Origin: a virus | Direction: 5' to 3' (one strand) | DNA length: 64,000 bases | IMG/VR virus record: IMGVR_UViG_3300023223_000630 | Location: 1 to 64,000 of that record | Shown here: positions 52,295 to 61,206 of the stretch, one piece after another | How positions within the stretch are numbered: the first letter of the stretch is position 1 | Layout: the number at the start of each line of letters is the position of its first letter | Notes under the pieces: generated by a model | Database searches by the model: none | What the model was told of the DNA's origin: nothing | Seen by the model: only the letters and a program-made list of their open reading frames with translations | Made by a program: the position numbers and the translations under genes

Positions 52295-52867
52295 ATGTAT
52301 AGTAAAGAAAAAAAACGGGAATATTATCACCAATATTATATTTTAAATAAAAAGAAAATAGATACACAAAACAAAAAATGGAGATGTAATAATCCGGATA
52401 AAATAAAAGAATCTCAACAAATATGGAGCAAAAATAATAAAGAAAGTTTAAGAATATATCATAAAAAATGGAATGAAGATAATAAAGAAAGAATATCAAA
52501 ACAGAAAAAAGAGTATAAAAAAGAGAATCGAGAACAGATAAAAAAACAAAGAGATCAATATAGACAGAGTAATCGAAAAAAGGTCTTAGAAAGAGGAAGG
52601 GAATTAGATAGACAGATAAAAATAGATGTATTAAATCATTATGATAACTCTATTTGTAAAAGATGCGGAGAAACTAACCTATACAAACTCACATTGGATC
52701 ATATTGAGGGAGATGGTAAAAAACATAGAGAAAGATTAGGAAATGGTAAACATTTTGGAAATAGATTTTATAGATATTTAAAAAGAAATAACTATCCAAA
52801 TGATCCATCCTTACAAGTTCTATGTTTGGCATGTAATGCTAGAAAATATCAATTAGAAGAAAAATAA
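52295..52867 (+). CDS. HNH endonuclease with Lys-rich repeat N-terminus
   Basis: CKRCGETNLYKLTLDHIEGDGKKH...LQVLCLACNARK; KKWxxxNxE-type basic repeats as in 14333 and 17853. Confidence 0.65.
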   Translation: MYSKEKKREYYHQYYILNKKKIDTQNKKWRCNNPDKIKESQQIWSKNNKESLRIYHKKWNEDNKERISKQKKEYKKENREQIKKQRDQYRQSNRKKVLERGRELDRQIKIDVLNHYDNSICKRCGETNLYKLTLDHIEGDGKKHRERLGNGKHFGNRFYRYLKRNNYPNDPSLQVLCLACNARKYQLEEK

Positions 52868-52930
52868 AGTAATTAAAGTAAATAAGGTAATTAAGGTATA
52901 TAATGTAATTAATGTACATAATGTACGGTA
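52868..52930 (+). repeat. seven tandem 9-bp units
   Basis: AGTAATTAA AGTAAATAA GGTAATTAA GGTATATAA TGTAATTAA TGTACATAA TGTACGGTA, followed by the palindrome ACGGTA-AA-TACCGT (52925-52938). Confidence 0.8.
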
Positions 52931-53163
52931 AATACCGTGTTTATCATCAATGTTTAACTAATTCCGTTAAAATTTATATACTTATTTAATCAAAAAAATA
53001 TGTTAGTTAGTCCAAAAAACATCATACCAAGATGGTGAGGACTAACTGACCCGTTATATGCATTTTTTGCACATATATGGTATAAAGTATATAGTTATCC
53101 ACTATATAGTTATCTACATATATAGTGACACCTACATAGTTTTTAACACATTAATCCAAAATG

Positions 53164-53349
53164 CTAGTTTAAACCTAAATGTTTAATAATTTTATCCAGT
53201 TTTGCACAATTTTGTAAAAGTTGATTTTTAATTTCTGATATGTCATTTTGAAGTGTTTTTATTGAACCATGAGTGTTTTGCATTTCTACATCCAATGAAT
53301 CAAATTTTGTAGTTATATCATCAAATGCTTGTCTAATATCATAATCCAT
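53164..53349 (-). CDS. hypothetical coiled-coil protein (61 aa)
   Basis: MDYDIRQAFDDITTKFDSL...; similar in style to 54163-54339. Confidence 0.45.
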   Translation of the reverse strand: MDYDIRQAFDDITTKFDSLDVEMQNTHGSIKTLQNDISEIKNQLLQNCAKLDKIIKHLGLN

Positions 53350-53381
53350 ATACTTTCTAAATTTCTTACACTTTATAAATA

Positions 53382-53504
53382 TTATTTCAAAACTTTCCGA
53401 AGTTCTGTGTTTATTACTTTGCTAAAACTCACAGTTGTCATTTCTTTTGTAATTCTTTTGGCCTGGATTAAATGCAGTTTTTTATATATGTCTGCTTCAA
53501 TCAT
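53382..53504 (-). CDS. ribbon-helix-helix-like mini-protein (40 aa)
   Basis: MIEADIYKKLHLIQAKRITKEMTTVSFSKVINTELRKVLK; antisense to the track ORF 53329-53580, which looks spurious. Confidence 0.35.
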   Translation of the reverse strand: MIEADIYKKLHLIQAKRITKEMTTVSFSKVINTELRKVLK

Positions 53505-53840
53505 TATTGTCACACGCAAAGAACTCAATGTATATAATAATATATTATTTAATTATAAATGTGTATTGGAATTTATGTGATTTTTAATCTTTTGTATCGT
53601 GTCACAAATAAGATCCAATTGCAGTTTATCTTCCTGGTTTGTGGTGTATTGTACCATGTTACTTACTAATAGTAACTTTATAATATATGCTATAACACAT
53701 ATTAATTGATATCGAGATTAGGCAATTATGTTTCAATTGCTTTATTTCTCTAACCCTTTGTCATGATGTAAGCATGACTAAGGCTAATTTTTAATTATTA
53801 CACACAATTAATAAATGATTGAGTGAATAATATAGTGATA

Positions 53841-54197
53841 TTATATATTTTTTAATATTCTAGCAAGTTCTTTTTTATCATTTTTGAATAGGTAATTGGA
53901 AACATCACTACCATGATAGAATCTTATAATTTTACCAAACTTGTTTTTAATTTTCATACCGTTAAACTTTGAAACATATTTCATTAAATGTTTTTGTTCC
54001 CTACCATATTGATCATGATGTTTTTTACACCATCCAACAACTGTAATCATAGAATGTTTAGATTCAAACGATGTATCTAATTGTATTTTGGTTTTACAGT
54101 TTTTCCAATTACATGTTTTTTCTTCCATTATACAACTACATTCATACGTTATTAAAATCTTACTACTCTTTATTTTCAATAACTGTAACTCTGTCAC
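53841..54197 (-). CDS. hypothetical protein (118 aa or shorter)
   Basis: Cys/His-containing; real start may be the internal MEEKTCNWKNC. Confidence 0.45.
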   Translation of the reverse strand: MTELQLLKIKSSKILITYECSCIMEEKTCNWKNCKTKIQLDTSFESKHSMITVVGWCKKHHDQYGREQKHLMKYVSKFNGMKIKNKFGKIIRFYHGSDVSNYLFKNDKKELARILKNI

Positions 54198-54339
54198 ATG
54201 TTGAATTTAACAAAGTACGTAAACCATCTATACTGCCTTGCATACCATTTAATCTTGTATTTATTCCATCAAACTGTGTATTTATTTTATTAAATTGTTC
54301 ATTCATTCCTTCAAAAGCTTTCCGTGTTTCTTCATCCAT
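54163..54339 (-). CDS. hypothetical coiled-coil mini-protein (58 aa)
   Basis: MDEETRKAFEGMNEQFNKINTQFDGINTRLNGMQGSIDGLRTLLNS... Confidence 0.35.
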   Translation of the reverse strand: MDEETRKAFEGMNEQFNKINTQFDGINTRLNGMQGSIDGLRTLLNSTCDRVTVIENKE

Positions 54340-54505
54340 GGTATAATTCTATTATAGTATAATATAGTCTATACTATAATGATCGGGTTATAATGGTTTA
54401 CCAATATTAGTTTTGTAGCATCCTGGTACAGAGCATTGAGCTTTCTCTTTTTTACCTACCCAGTGATTCCCACATATGCAAGAAAATAGGTATTGAGAAG
54501 TAAAT

Positions 54506-54637
54506 TTAATATTTTACCCCTATACCTATTTCTGCTTTACATTTATCACAACGAAGTATCTGTATATTCTCGTAATCTTCAGGTTTAAAGAATGTCTGAC
54601 ATTTAACACAGATGATTTTTAATGGGTCAATTTTCAT
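54506..54637 (-). CDS. zinc-ribbon mini-protein (43 aa)
   Basis: MKIDPLKIICVKCQTFFKPEDYENIQILRCDKCKAEIGIGVKY; start placed just after the upstream stop (the track ORF is extended 5'). Confidence 0.45.
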   Translation of the reverse strand: MKIDPLKIICVKCQTFFKPEDYENIQILRCDKCKAEIGIGVKY

Positions 54638-54638
54638 A

Positions 54639-55010
54639 TTAATTTTCAAATTCCACTTGTGTATATGGTTTAACTGGATATGCCTCTGGGTCGACTGTTC
54701 TTCTATGAACAAATGTTTCATGATTTTCACAGAACTCTGCAAAATCAATACGGGCATTTCTTGTTTTAGTTGTATCTACATTGAAAATTGTTATATAGCC
54801 ACATGTGAATTTTGTAAATTTCATTGTTACTTCTATCTTGTAACCTTTTTTTGATTCTGTTGGTGGTGTGTAATAGACTCCTGAACTCATTTGTTTACCT
54901 TTAGTATATCCTTGTTTTTCTGTAATTGAAAAATTAAATTGTGGAAATTTAATTTGTGCTTCCTCTACCATTTTAACAATTGATTGTTTTTTAATTGTAA
55001 TTGTATTCAT
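54639..55010 (-). CDS. hypothetical protein (123 aa)
   Basis: First gene after the 400-bp gap. Confidence 0.5.
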   Translation of the reverse strand: MNTITIKKQSIVKMVEEAQIKFPQFNFSITEKQGYTKGKQMSSGVYYTPPTESKKGYKIEVTMKFTKFTCGYITIFNVDTTKTRNARIDFAEFCENHETFVHRRTVDPEAYPVKPYTQVEFEN

Positions 55011-55406
55011 ACTATTATACAGTATATACTATATAATAGTGTTACTATCTAATAGTGATATAGTTGTGATCGGGTGACTAAACCTTAAATGTCTTACCCA
55101 GGATCTTTAGTGAAATAGATCCTATTTTTATAATATTTCCTGGGGAATTATTATATCATTGCTGGAATATTTGTGTAGTTTTGGGACAAAACGCAGTAAA
55201 TGATACATTGGTGAACGGAGAATCGATCGGGAAAGACCCGATGATTATACGGAGCCCGGGGCTAGCAATTGATAAATACTAAATTAGAAACGATCTTTTA
55301 TTTTGATAAACAACAATAACAGATTAGTAATATAGGATCAGTACAATTTATTTCATCATCACATGGGCTAGTGTCTTTACAAATAATACAACTATGAAAA
55401 CCACAT

Positions 55407-55613
55407 TCACACATTTTTAGTATTTATCCATTCCTTTGTTCTTGTTTTGATATAGTCTTTGTATACATATTGCATAATAACTTGATAAACATCTTGCCCG
55501 GATTCCTGGCATTTTTTATCAATATAATTTAATCCCTCTGCAAGTTCTGGATCATTATCTTTGTTTAATATAAGAGAGTCGACTTTATTAATAAAAGATT
55601 TTGGGGGATCCAA
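55407..55613 (-). CDS. hypothetical protein (68 aa)
   Basis: Contiguous with 55614-55808. Confidence 0.45.
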   Translation of the reverse strand: MDPPKSFINKVDSLILNKDNDPELAEGLNYIDKKCQESGQDVYQVIMQYVYKDYIKTRTKEWINTKNV

Positions 55614-55808
55614 TTAGACCGCCTCCATTTTAATACCGTATGATACAATATTCCCGGTTTGTTTTGCCTTAACCAATTGAGCTTTATATTTACCTCTTCT
55701 TGGTTTTGTTCTTAATCTATACCCGCAGCAAGGGCAGTCAAGGCCATTATATAACATGTAGATTTCACAGATTTGACAACGTTTTTGCCCGGCTGCATAT
55801 CTTCCCAT
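55614..55808 (-). CDS. zinc-ribbon protein (64 aa)
   Basis: CQICEIYMLYNGLDCPCCGYRLRTKPRRG. Confidence 0.55.
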   Translation of the reverse strand: MGRYAAGQKRCQICEIYMLYNGLDCPCCGYRLRTKPRRGKYKAQLVKAKQTGNIVSYGIKMEAV

Positions 55809-55858
55809 TAATCGGGGCTTTTTTGCTCTGTGTCTTTCACATTCGACTCCCTTGCAGC

Positions 55859-56128
55859 TTATAATGTTTCATCCTCCCATGAATATACTTTGTTTCCATC
55901 AAAATATACTGTCTCTCGTAGTTTGTTTGATAGATCATGATCAAATCCTTCTTTTGTGTAACATGATGCAAACTTTAAAATAAATTGTGCATCATTAAAG
56001 GCTTCCATTCTTCCTTCATGGTATGATTTGTGTTGTTTTGATAAAGAACTATTCATTTTTTGAATTGCTTCTTTTTCTAATTGTTGAAGTCGTATCAATC
56101 CGGGAATTTTTGATTTTTCACTATACAT
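55859..56128 (-). CDS. hypothetical protein (89 aa)
   Basis: Operon member. Confidence 0.45.
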   Translation of the reverse strand: MYSEKSKIPGLIRLQQLEKEAIQKMNSSLSKQHKSYHEGRMEAFNDAQFILKFASCYTKEGFDHDLSNKLRETVYFDGNKVYSWEDETL

Positions 56129-56643
56129 TAGTTTTTCACCCCTTCAAATACTCTTTCTCTTTGGGAATGATTTAAAACATCCTGGTATTTTTTACCGATG
56201 ATTGATATTTCATGAGATATAGCCTCTTTTGCTTCTGATGCCATATTTCCGTATGTATCATTCATATAGTTCCAAACTGCATGAAGCGGATCCGTAATTG
56301 CTATGATATCATCATAGCTTAGTCTTCTGGTGCTCTCCTCGACTCTATCATGGATTTTGATAGGTTGATCACTTGGGAACCTTGCATCATTACTAAATAC
56401 AAAGTTACCCCCGAATTGTAACATCTCATCAGGATCCGGTGAAGGACTAGCCATCCAGTGATTTATATTTCTTGGATTTCTGTGAATGTATAATTTTTCG
56501 GATTCATCTATATTCCAAGACTTATCAACATTACCATCTTTAACAGATTCCCCATAAATAACGACTCTATCATGATTCACAGACATGCCATTATTGGTAC
56601 AATCAGGTGAGTTTTTGTATATATTTGCATATATACCGTTCAT
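56128..56643 (-). CDS. hypothetical protein (171 aa)
   Basis: Operon member; GGNFVFSNDARFP..PIKIHDRVEE looks like a conserved core, but I cannot name the family. Confidence 0.5.
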   Translation of the reverse strand: MNGIYANIYKNSPDCTNNGMSVNHDRVVIYGESVKDGNVDKSWNIDESEKLYIHRNPRNINHWMASPSPDPDEMLQFGGNFVFSNDARFPSDQPIKIHDRVEESTRRLSYDDIIAITDPLHAVWNYMNDTYGNMASEAKEAISHEISIIGKKYQDVLNHSQRERVFEGVKN

Positions 56644-57297
56644 TTAATAACTCATCTCCGGATCTTCCAAGAATTTTAACCCATTCTCAGTTATGATATA
56701 ACCATCTGTACCAAGTCGTTTTAATCCTTGTGTGGTTATAATACAGTTTGTTTCCATTTTAACAAATGGTGTTGTATTTTGTCCGTAGTCATGAGCTAAT
56801 CTATCAAGCCATCCCTCATTACTTGGAAAAAGATGTGCTATTCTTGCCCTTGTACTAAATGGATTGTCTCTGATATACTTTAAAATTTCTTCTTCTGTTG
56901 TAAATATATCATTGTTTTCATGCATCTTGTTTACAAAAGAGTCATTTTTACCCTCTGCATATGCAATATTTTGTTCCCATGTCCATTCAGATCTTAGATC
57001 TTTTGTGAGTTTTGGGAATTCACAATTTAAACCATATTCTGACTTTACAAATTCAAGAGCCTCTTTAAAAGTATCATATGATTCCTTCAAATAATGGCCT
57101 GTGCTGTTTGTGTGGTTGTATTCTTGGATTATAATGCTTTTCTCAAATTGTGCATGTCCTCCAAATTCTAACACGAGTTTTTCACCATTATGTAAAAATT
57201 CAGGTGTATAAACTCTCAAGCCTCTTGAGGCTCGGTTTTCAAGTTCAACGGTTTTAACCGTTAATTGTTCTGATTCCATAGTATTATAATGGTACAA
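56644..57297 (-). CDS. hypothetical protein (217 aa)
   Basis: The C-terminal part may be a winged helix. Confidence 0.5.
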   Translation of the reverse strand: MYHYNTMESEQLTVKTVELENRASRGLRVYTPEFLHNGEKLVLEFGGHAQFEKSIIIQEYNHTNSTGHYLKESYDTFKEALEFVKSEYGLNCEFPKLTKDLRSEWTWEQNIAYAEGKNDSFVNKMHENNDIFTTEEEILKYIRDNPFSTRARIAHLFPSNEGWLDRLAHDYGQNTTPFVKMETNCIITTQGLKRLGTDGYIITENGLKFLEDPEMSY

Positions 57298-57314
57298 GAG
57301 TAATATATATCTAT

Positions 57315-57572
57315 CTATCCTTTGAATGTATCATCCGGAATGTTACCATAATAGTATTTTTCTAGTGCAGCAATTGAATTAAAAGAATTATAATTACTAT
57401 TATAGTATCTAGGCATGTAATGATCATAATTAATTCCATTATGAATTATATTTCCTTTATAAGATTCCGGGTATTTTTTTCTTATATAATGTTCGTATGA
57501 TATAACATGATTAACAAATGGCATATAATGTATGATCCCCAGGTATACCAGTATTTTATTTATTATATTCAT
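57315..57572 (-). CDS. hypothetical protein (85 aa)
   Basis: Tyr/Asn-rich with a hydrophobic N-terminus. Confidence 0.4.
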   Translation of the reverse strand: MNIINKILVYLGIIHYMPFVNHVISYEHYIRKKYPESYKGNIIHNGINYDHYMPRYYNSNYNSFNSIAALEKYYYGNIPDDTFKG

Positions 57573-57605
57573 TATAGTATAATGATATAATATTGTATTT
57601 ATACG

Positions 57606-57752
57606 TTATAAATCGGGGAATTCTTTTAAAAATTGTTTCTTAATATCATCACAATTAGCTTCAAGTAATTTATTCATTTCATAAAAGAAAGCTTGTAGTT
57701 CAGCATCAATTATTAGTACCGGGCAATTACCGAGGTTAATAGTATCTATCAT
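57606..57752 (-). CDS. hypothetical mini-protein (48 aa)
   Basis: MIDTINLGNCPVLIIDAELQAFFYEMNKLLEANCDDIKKQFLKEFPDL. Confidence 0.3.
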   Translation of the reverse strand: MIDTINLGNCPVLIIDAELQAFFYEMNKLLEANCDDIKKQFLKEFPDL

Positions 57753-57796
57753 AATACCATCATAGTAAAAAAAGAATATTAAAGGATCACTACACT

Positions 57797-57895
57797 TTAT
57801 TTGATTAAGTTGTTTAATCTAGTGATGGCCTCATCTGGGTGATCTTCTAAAATACCCATAATATCTTGTATTTCTGCTATAATATCATTATTCAT
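57797..57895 (-). CDS. hypothetical mini-protein (32 aa)
   Basis: MNNDIIAEIQDIMGILEDHPDEAITRLNNLIK; ATGA overlap with the upstream stop. Confidence 0.3.
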   Translation of the reverse strand: MNNDIIAEIQDIMGILEDHPDEAITRLNNLIK

Positions 57896-58251
57896 GATAA
57901 ATCATTCCAGGTTGGAAAAACGTGTATTACTGTATCATTTCCTAGTATAATAGGATCCGGGTCAAGTGAATCACATAATGCATCTAATGAGGAACGAATT
58001 TTTTTCCAGGATGCATAAATTTCTTGATGTTCTAGCTCTGATATTTTACTATACATATGATCAGTATGTGATTGTTCTTGTAACATTACAAGAGTTTTAA
58101 AACTCTCTTTGGATGGTACTAATAACAATTGATTGACTTTAATAGCTTCTGCCATTAATTGTATAGCCAATGCACCTTTCACATCTGGTTCTAAATATCT
58201 AGTCATGAGTTCTTTTTGGTATGTTTGATATTCTTTTTTTGTGTGATTCAT
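57892..58251 (-). CDS. hypothetical protein (119 aa)
   Basis: Operon member. Confidence 0.5.
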   Translation of the reverse strand: MNHTKKEYQTYQKELMTRYLEPDVKGALAIQLMAEAIKVNQLLLVPSKESFKTLVMLQEQSHTDHMYSKISELEHQEIYASWKKIRSSLDALCDSLDPDPIILGNDTVIHVFPTWNDLS

Positions 58252-58478
58252 TATGATAAATCCTCCAATGAACCGTTAGAGTCCTCACATGCATGCTTTG
58301 TAATCTCACTAATATTACCAAAGTCCCATTCACTAAACTTTGATACCAGGATCCCCAAGATTTCATTATCTGATGTATCCTTTTGGTATTCTGGTAAAAT
58401 CATCTGCTTTTTACCTTCTATAATGGCGTTTTGTAAAATAACCATATAATCTATTTTTGTTGTTTGTTCTGATTCCAT
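58251..58478 (-). CDS. hypothetical protein (75 aa)
   Basis: Operon member; acidic. Confidence 0.45.
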   Translation of the reverse strand: MESEQTTKIDYMVILQNAIIEGKKQMILPEYQKDTSDNEILGILVSKFSEWDFGNISEITKHACEDSNGSLEDLS

Positions 58479-58517
58479 AATACTATGAGAGTGATAGAGT
58501 ATTATAAATCTATCTAT

Positions 58518-58829
58518 TCAAAGATCTTCAATATCTTTAACTATAATGTTTCTTTCTTCTTGTAGTTCATTTTTTCGTCTTGACATTGGCTTATAACCCT
58601 TTAAAACCTCTTCATAAATAATAATATCCCGGGGATCCTGATTTGATAGTTCAAAAGGCAAATTATTATCTTTAATGAATATGTCATGCATAGCTTTATT
58701 TCTATTAACTTCTAATTCATGAACACGGTTAGTAATTTCATTCATTTTATGAACAGCAATATTAAATCTATGATCAGCATCTATTAGTTGAGCTTCTAAT
58801 GCCTCTCTTTTTTCTTGTACAGTATACAT
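58518..58829 (-). CDS. hypothetical coiled-coil protein (103 aa)
   Basis: First gene downstream of the 58.8-60.1 kb gap. Confidence 0.5.
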   Translation of the reverse strand: MYTVQEKREALEAQLIDADHRFNIAVHKMNEITNRVHELEVNRNKAMHDIFIKDNNLPFELSNQDPRDIIIYEEVLKGYKPMSRRKNELQEERNIIVKDIEDL

Positions 58830-59104
58830 TAATGTACATTAGATTAAAACTATTATAAATGTATCTATTAAATCCCGGGAAAGATATATAATAACATTAA
58901 ACAACATTGTTATTAAGAATAGACTCAAATGTTAATAACATTTATGAATAAAACCAATATTTCTTTGCATATATTCTCTATATAGAGAGAGAAATGACAA
59001 AAAGAATATAGGCGTAATTATCATGGTACAATCTCACATATCATTTTATATCCGTTCATTATAATCGGGGAATTACCATTTATGAGTGTTTACTAACATT
59101 GTTA

Positions 59105-59242
59105 CTATAATACATGACATATGTTATAACCTATCATAAGACCCAATAAAATACTCAATGATGTTACGTATAAGAATGATCCTATCTTACCTGGTTGAGT
59201 AATAGATTCTTTTGTTCCTGTATTGGCTTTTTCATCACTCAT
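59105..59242 (-). CDS. small membrane mini-protein (45 aa)
   Basis: MSDEKANTGTKESITQPGKIGSFLYVTSLSILLGLMIGYNICHVL. Confidence 0.3.
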   Translation of the reverse strand: MSDEKANTGTKESITQPGKIGSFLYVTSLSILLGLMIGYNICHVL

Positions 59243-59279
59243 AATTCTCTCTAATATCTCCTATAATATCGGACACCCA

Positions 59280-59980
59280 CTCCCCTATATATACCTTTGT
59301 ATAGCTATACAGATCTGTATAGCTAGGCGTAATAATAGATTACCCTATATAAACCTTTACTATACGAACTATATAGATGTCCTTTGGACTATATAGGCGA
59401 AGCCTAGAACTATATAGTTAGACACTATATGATGGGTAATATAAACCTTTGTGCCTAGAATGGAAATGCTGGGGTAATATATACGTTACTATCATTTCCG
59501 GGAATTAGGCCTAAAACAATGTACCATAGGGGTAAAGCTGCTTTATGTAGCGGTAATCTATCCATGCCTAACTCTATGACTAGATACCTTACATAAGGGG
59601 TAAAGTGTACCATGCCTAACACATTGTAACACCCCGATGCTGCATGCCTAGAATAGATCGCTAATTCTCTCTTTCGGAGTATAATTGTGCCTAGAATTAT
59701 ACTTTACAGCTAGTCAAAATGTCTTTATTTCTGATCGCTATAGTACACTATGGTATACTAGTCAAGGCCATGCATGGTATATGATTAATACATTGTACAT
59801 AATAGCCACTCGGATATTAATAGATACATACTTATTACCCCGATTCTTTTATATACTGTTATAGCATAGATATATATTACCCATTATATTCGTGCCTAGA
59901 AAGTGTATCCACACAGATAGGTTTATATGTGAGGGGTAATCAGATGTACACATGAAAAATATTATTTTACGCCTAAAATA
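59280..59980. repeat. array of short GC-rich motifs (candidate origin/iteron or operator array)
   Basis: GGGGTAA/TTACCCC appears at ~59340, 59434, 59471, 59529, 59597, 59835, 59877 and 59933. (T)GCCTA(G/A)A or its complement appears at ~59324, 59394, 59402, 59453, 59506 (palindrome TTAGGCCTAA), 59566, 59614, 59646, 59689, 59894 and 59971. TATA(A/T)ACCTTT occurs 3 times at 59287-59450. Confidence 0.7.
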
Positions 59981-60094
59981 GATTTATAATAGACTCGTAT
60001 ACATAAAATATTTTCTACGAAAATTACAAAAAAATCTCCAAAAGGGGATTGAAAAAAAGATATATAAAGGGCTCATACATTACACTATAATACA

Positions 60095-60505
60095 ATGAAG
60101 GTAAAGATAGTTAATGCCACTATAGATGATACTAGTGATTTTTTTGATAGAGAGAACAAGTGCTTTGGGTATAAGGTTAGATTTGACAAAGAAAAATTGT
60201 ACTCCCGGCTGGACACGTTAATTATGCATGGATATTCTTACAAGGCTGTACATAAGAAAAAGATTGTTGGTCATGTTACATCCTTCATTACACGTACCGG
60301 GGATCTGTTTGTTGATTATTTGTGTGTTGATGTAAAGCGTAAGGGTATAGGTACTTTGTTGTTAAAAAAATTAAGAACTGAAAATCCCCGGAAAACAATA
60401 TATTTATTTACTGATCATACAAATATATCATCAATGTTATTCTATTTAAAGTCCGGATTTGTATTTGATAAAAGAGAAAAAGACAGGATTTACTTTGTGC
60501 TGTGA
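60095..60505 (+). CDS. GNAT-family N-acetyltransferase
   Basis: 136 aa; LCVDVKRKGIGTLLLKKL (R/Q-x-x-G-x-G/A acetyl-CoA motif). Confidence 0.7.
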   Translation: MKVKIVNATIDDTSDFFDRENKCFGYKVRFDKEKLYSRLDTLIMHGYSYKAVHKKKIVGHVTSFITRTGDLFVDYLCVDVKRKGIGTLLLKKLRTENPRKTIYLFTDHTNISSMLFYLKSGFVFDKREKDRIYFVL

Positions 60506-60807
60506 TACTAGCAATGATACAATAATAAAGTCAGTAGATGAAAAGGTTCATAAATATATAAAAAAGAACAAACGTTCATGTTTCATTAATAATTATACAG
60601 AACTCTAAATCATAGTTACAAGTGTCTAAACTATGCTTTTACCTTCCATCCACTGTAACAATGTGTTCTGCATAGACTCCTGTTGTAGTTAGTTAAACTT
60701 GAAATAAAATTACAGCATCCCGATAATCTACAGTGGAATAACCAGAAATTTCTTTTATGACCTTTTAATATTACTAGTCTTGGTGATCTGTTACTTCCCA
60801 TGTTACA

Positions 60808-60963
60808 TCATTGTTTGCACAACTGACTAATCTTCTTAATCTCATCTAACACATTATTTAAATTCTCCAAAGCTCTATCCTTCTCTCCCCGGATGATATA
60901 ATTTATTGCCTGGTTAAAGTCAATATTTGTTCTAATTGTATGTATTAGTAATTCTTCATTCAT
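60808..60963 (-). CDS. hypothetical mini-protein (51 aa)
   Basis: MNEELLIHTIRTNIDFNQAINYIIRGEKDRALENLNNVLDEIKKISQLCKQ. Confidence 0.35.
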   Translation of the reverse strand: MNEELLIHTIRTNIDFNQAINYIIRGEKDRALENLNNVLDEIKKISQLCKQ

Positions 60964-61008
60964 TGTATTATAATAACATCTTCCGGAATATTAATGTATG
61001 TAAAACTA

Positions 61009-61206
61009 TTAGAAATTAAAAAGGTGAATGGTTTTTTTGTATTGTTCTAAATGATGATTGCCTAAATGTATTCTCATCCATCTAAAATCTTCATTTGTTA
61101 CAATCTTTGAACAAAAATTACATTTTAGATCTTCAGAATGTTCAATGGGTGTAAAACATTCTTGTACATACTTGTCATCCCAATCAGTCATAATATCATT
61201 CCCCAC
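61009..61206 (-). CDS. C2H2-type zinc-finger mini-protein (65 aa)
   Basis: CNFCSKIVTNEDFRWMRIHLGNHH. Confidence 0.45.
   Translation of the reverse strand: MGNDIMTDWDDKYVQECFTPIEHSEDLKCNFCSKIVTNEDFRWMRIHLGNHHLEQYKKTIHLFNF

Noticed and set aside
53329-53580. 83-aa plus-strand ORF
   Set aside because: It has a hydrophobic low-complexity translation and is antisense to a compact RHH-like ORF (53382-53504) and its upstream region in a minus-strand unit.
59280-59980. CRISPR array
   Set aside because: The repeats are only 7-9 nt, irregularly spaced and in both orientations, and there is no 24-40-nt repeat/spacer periodicity anywhere in the window.
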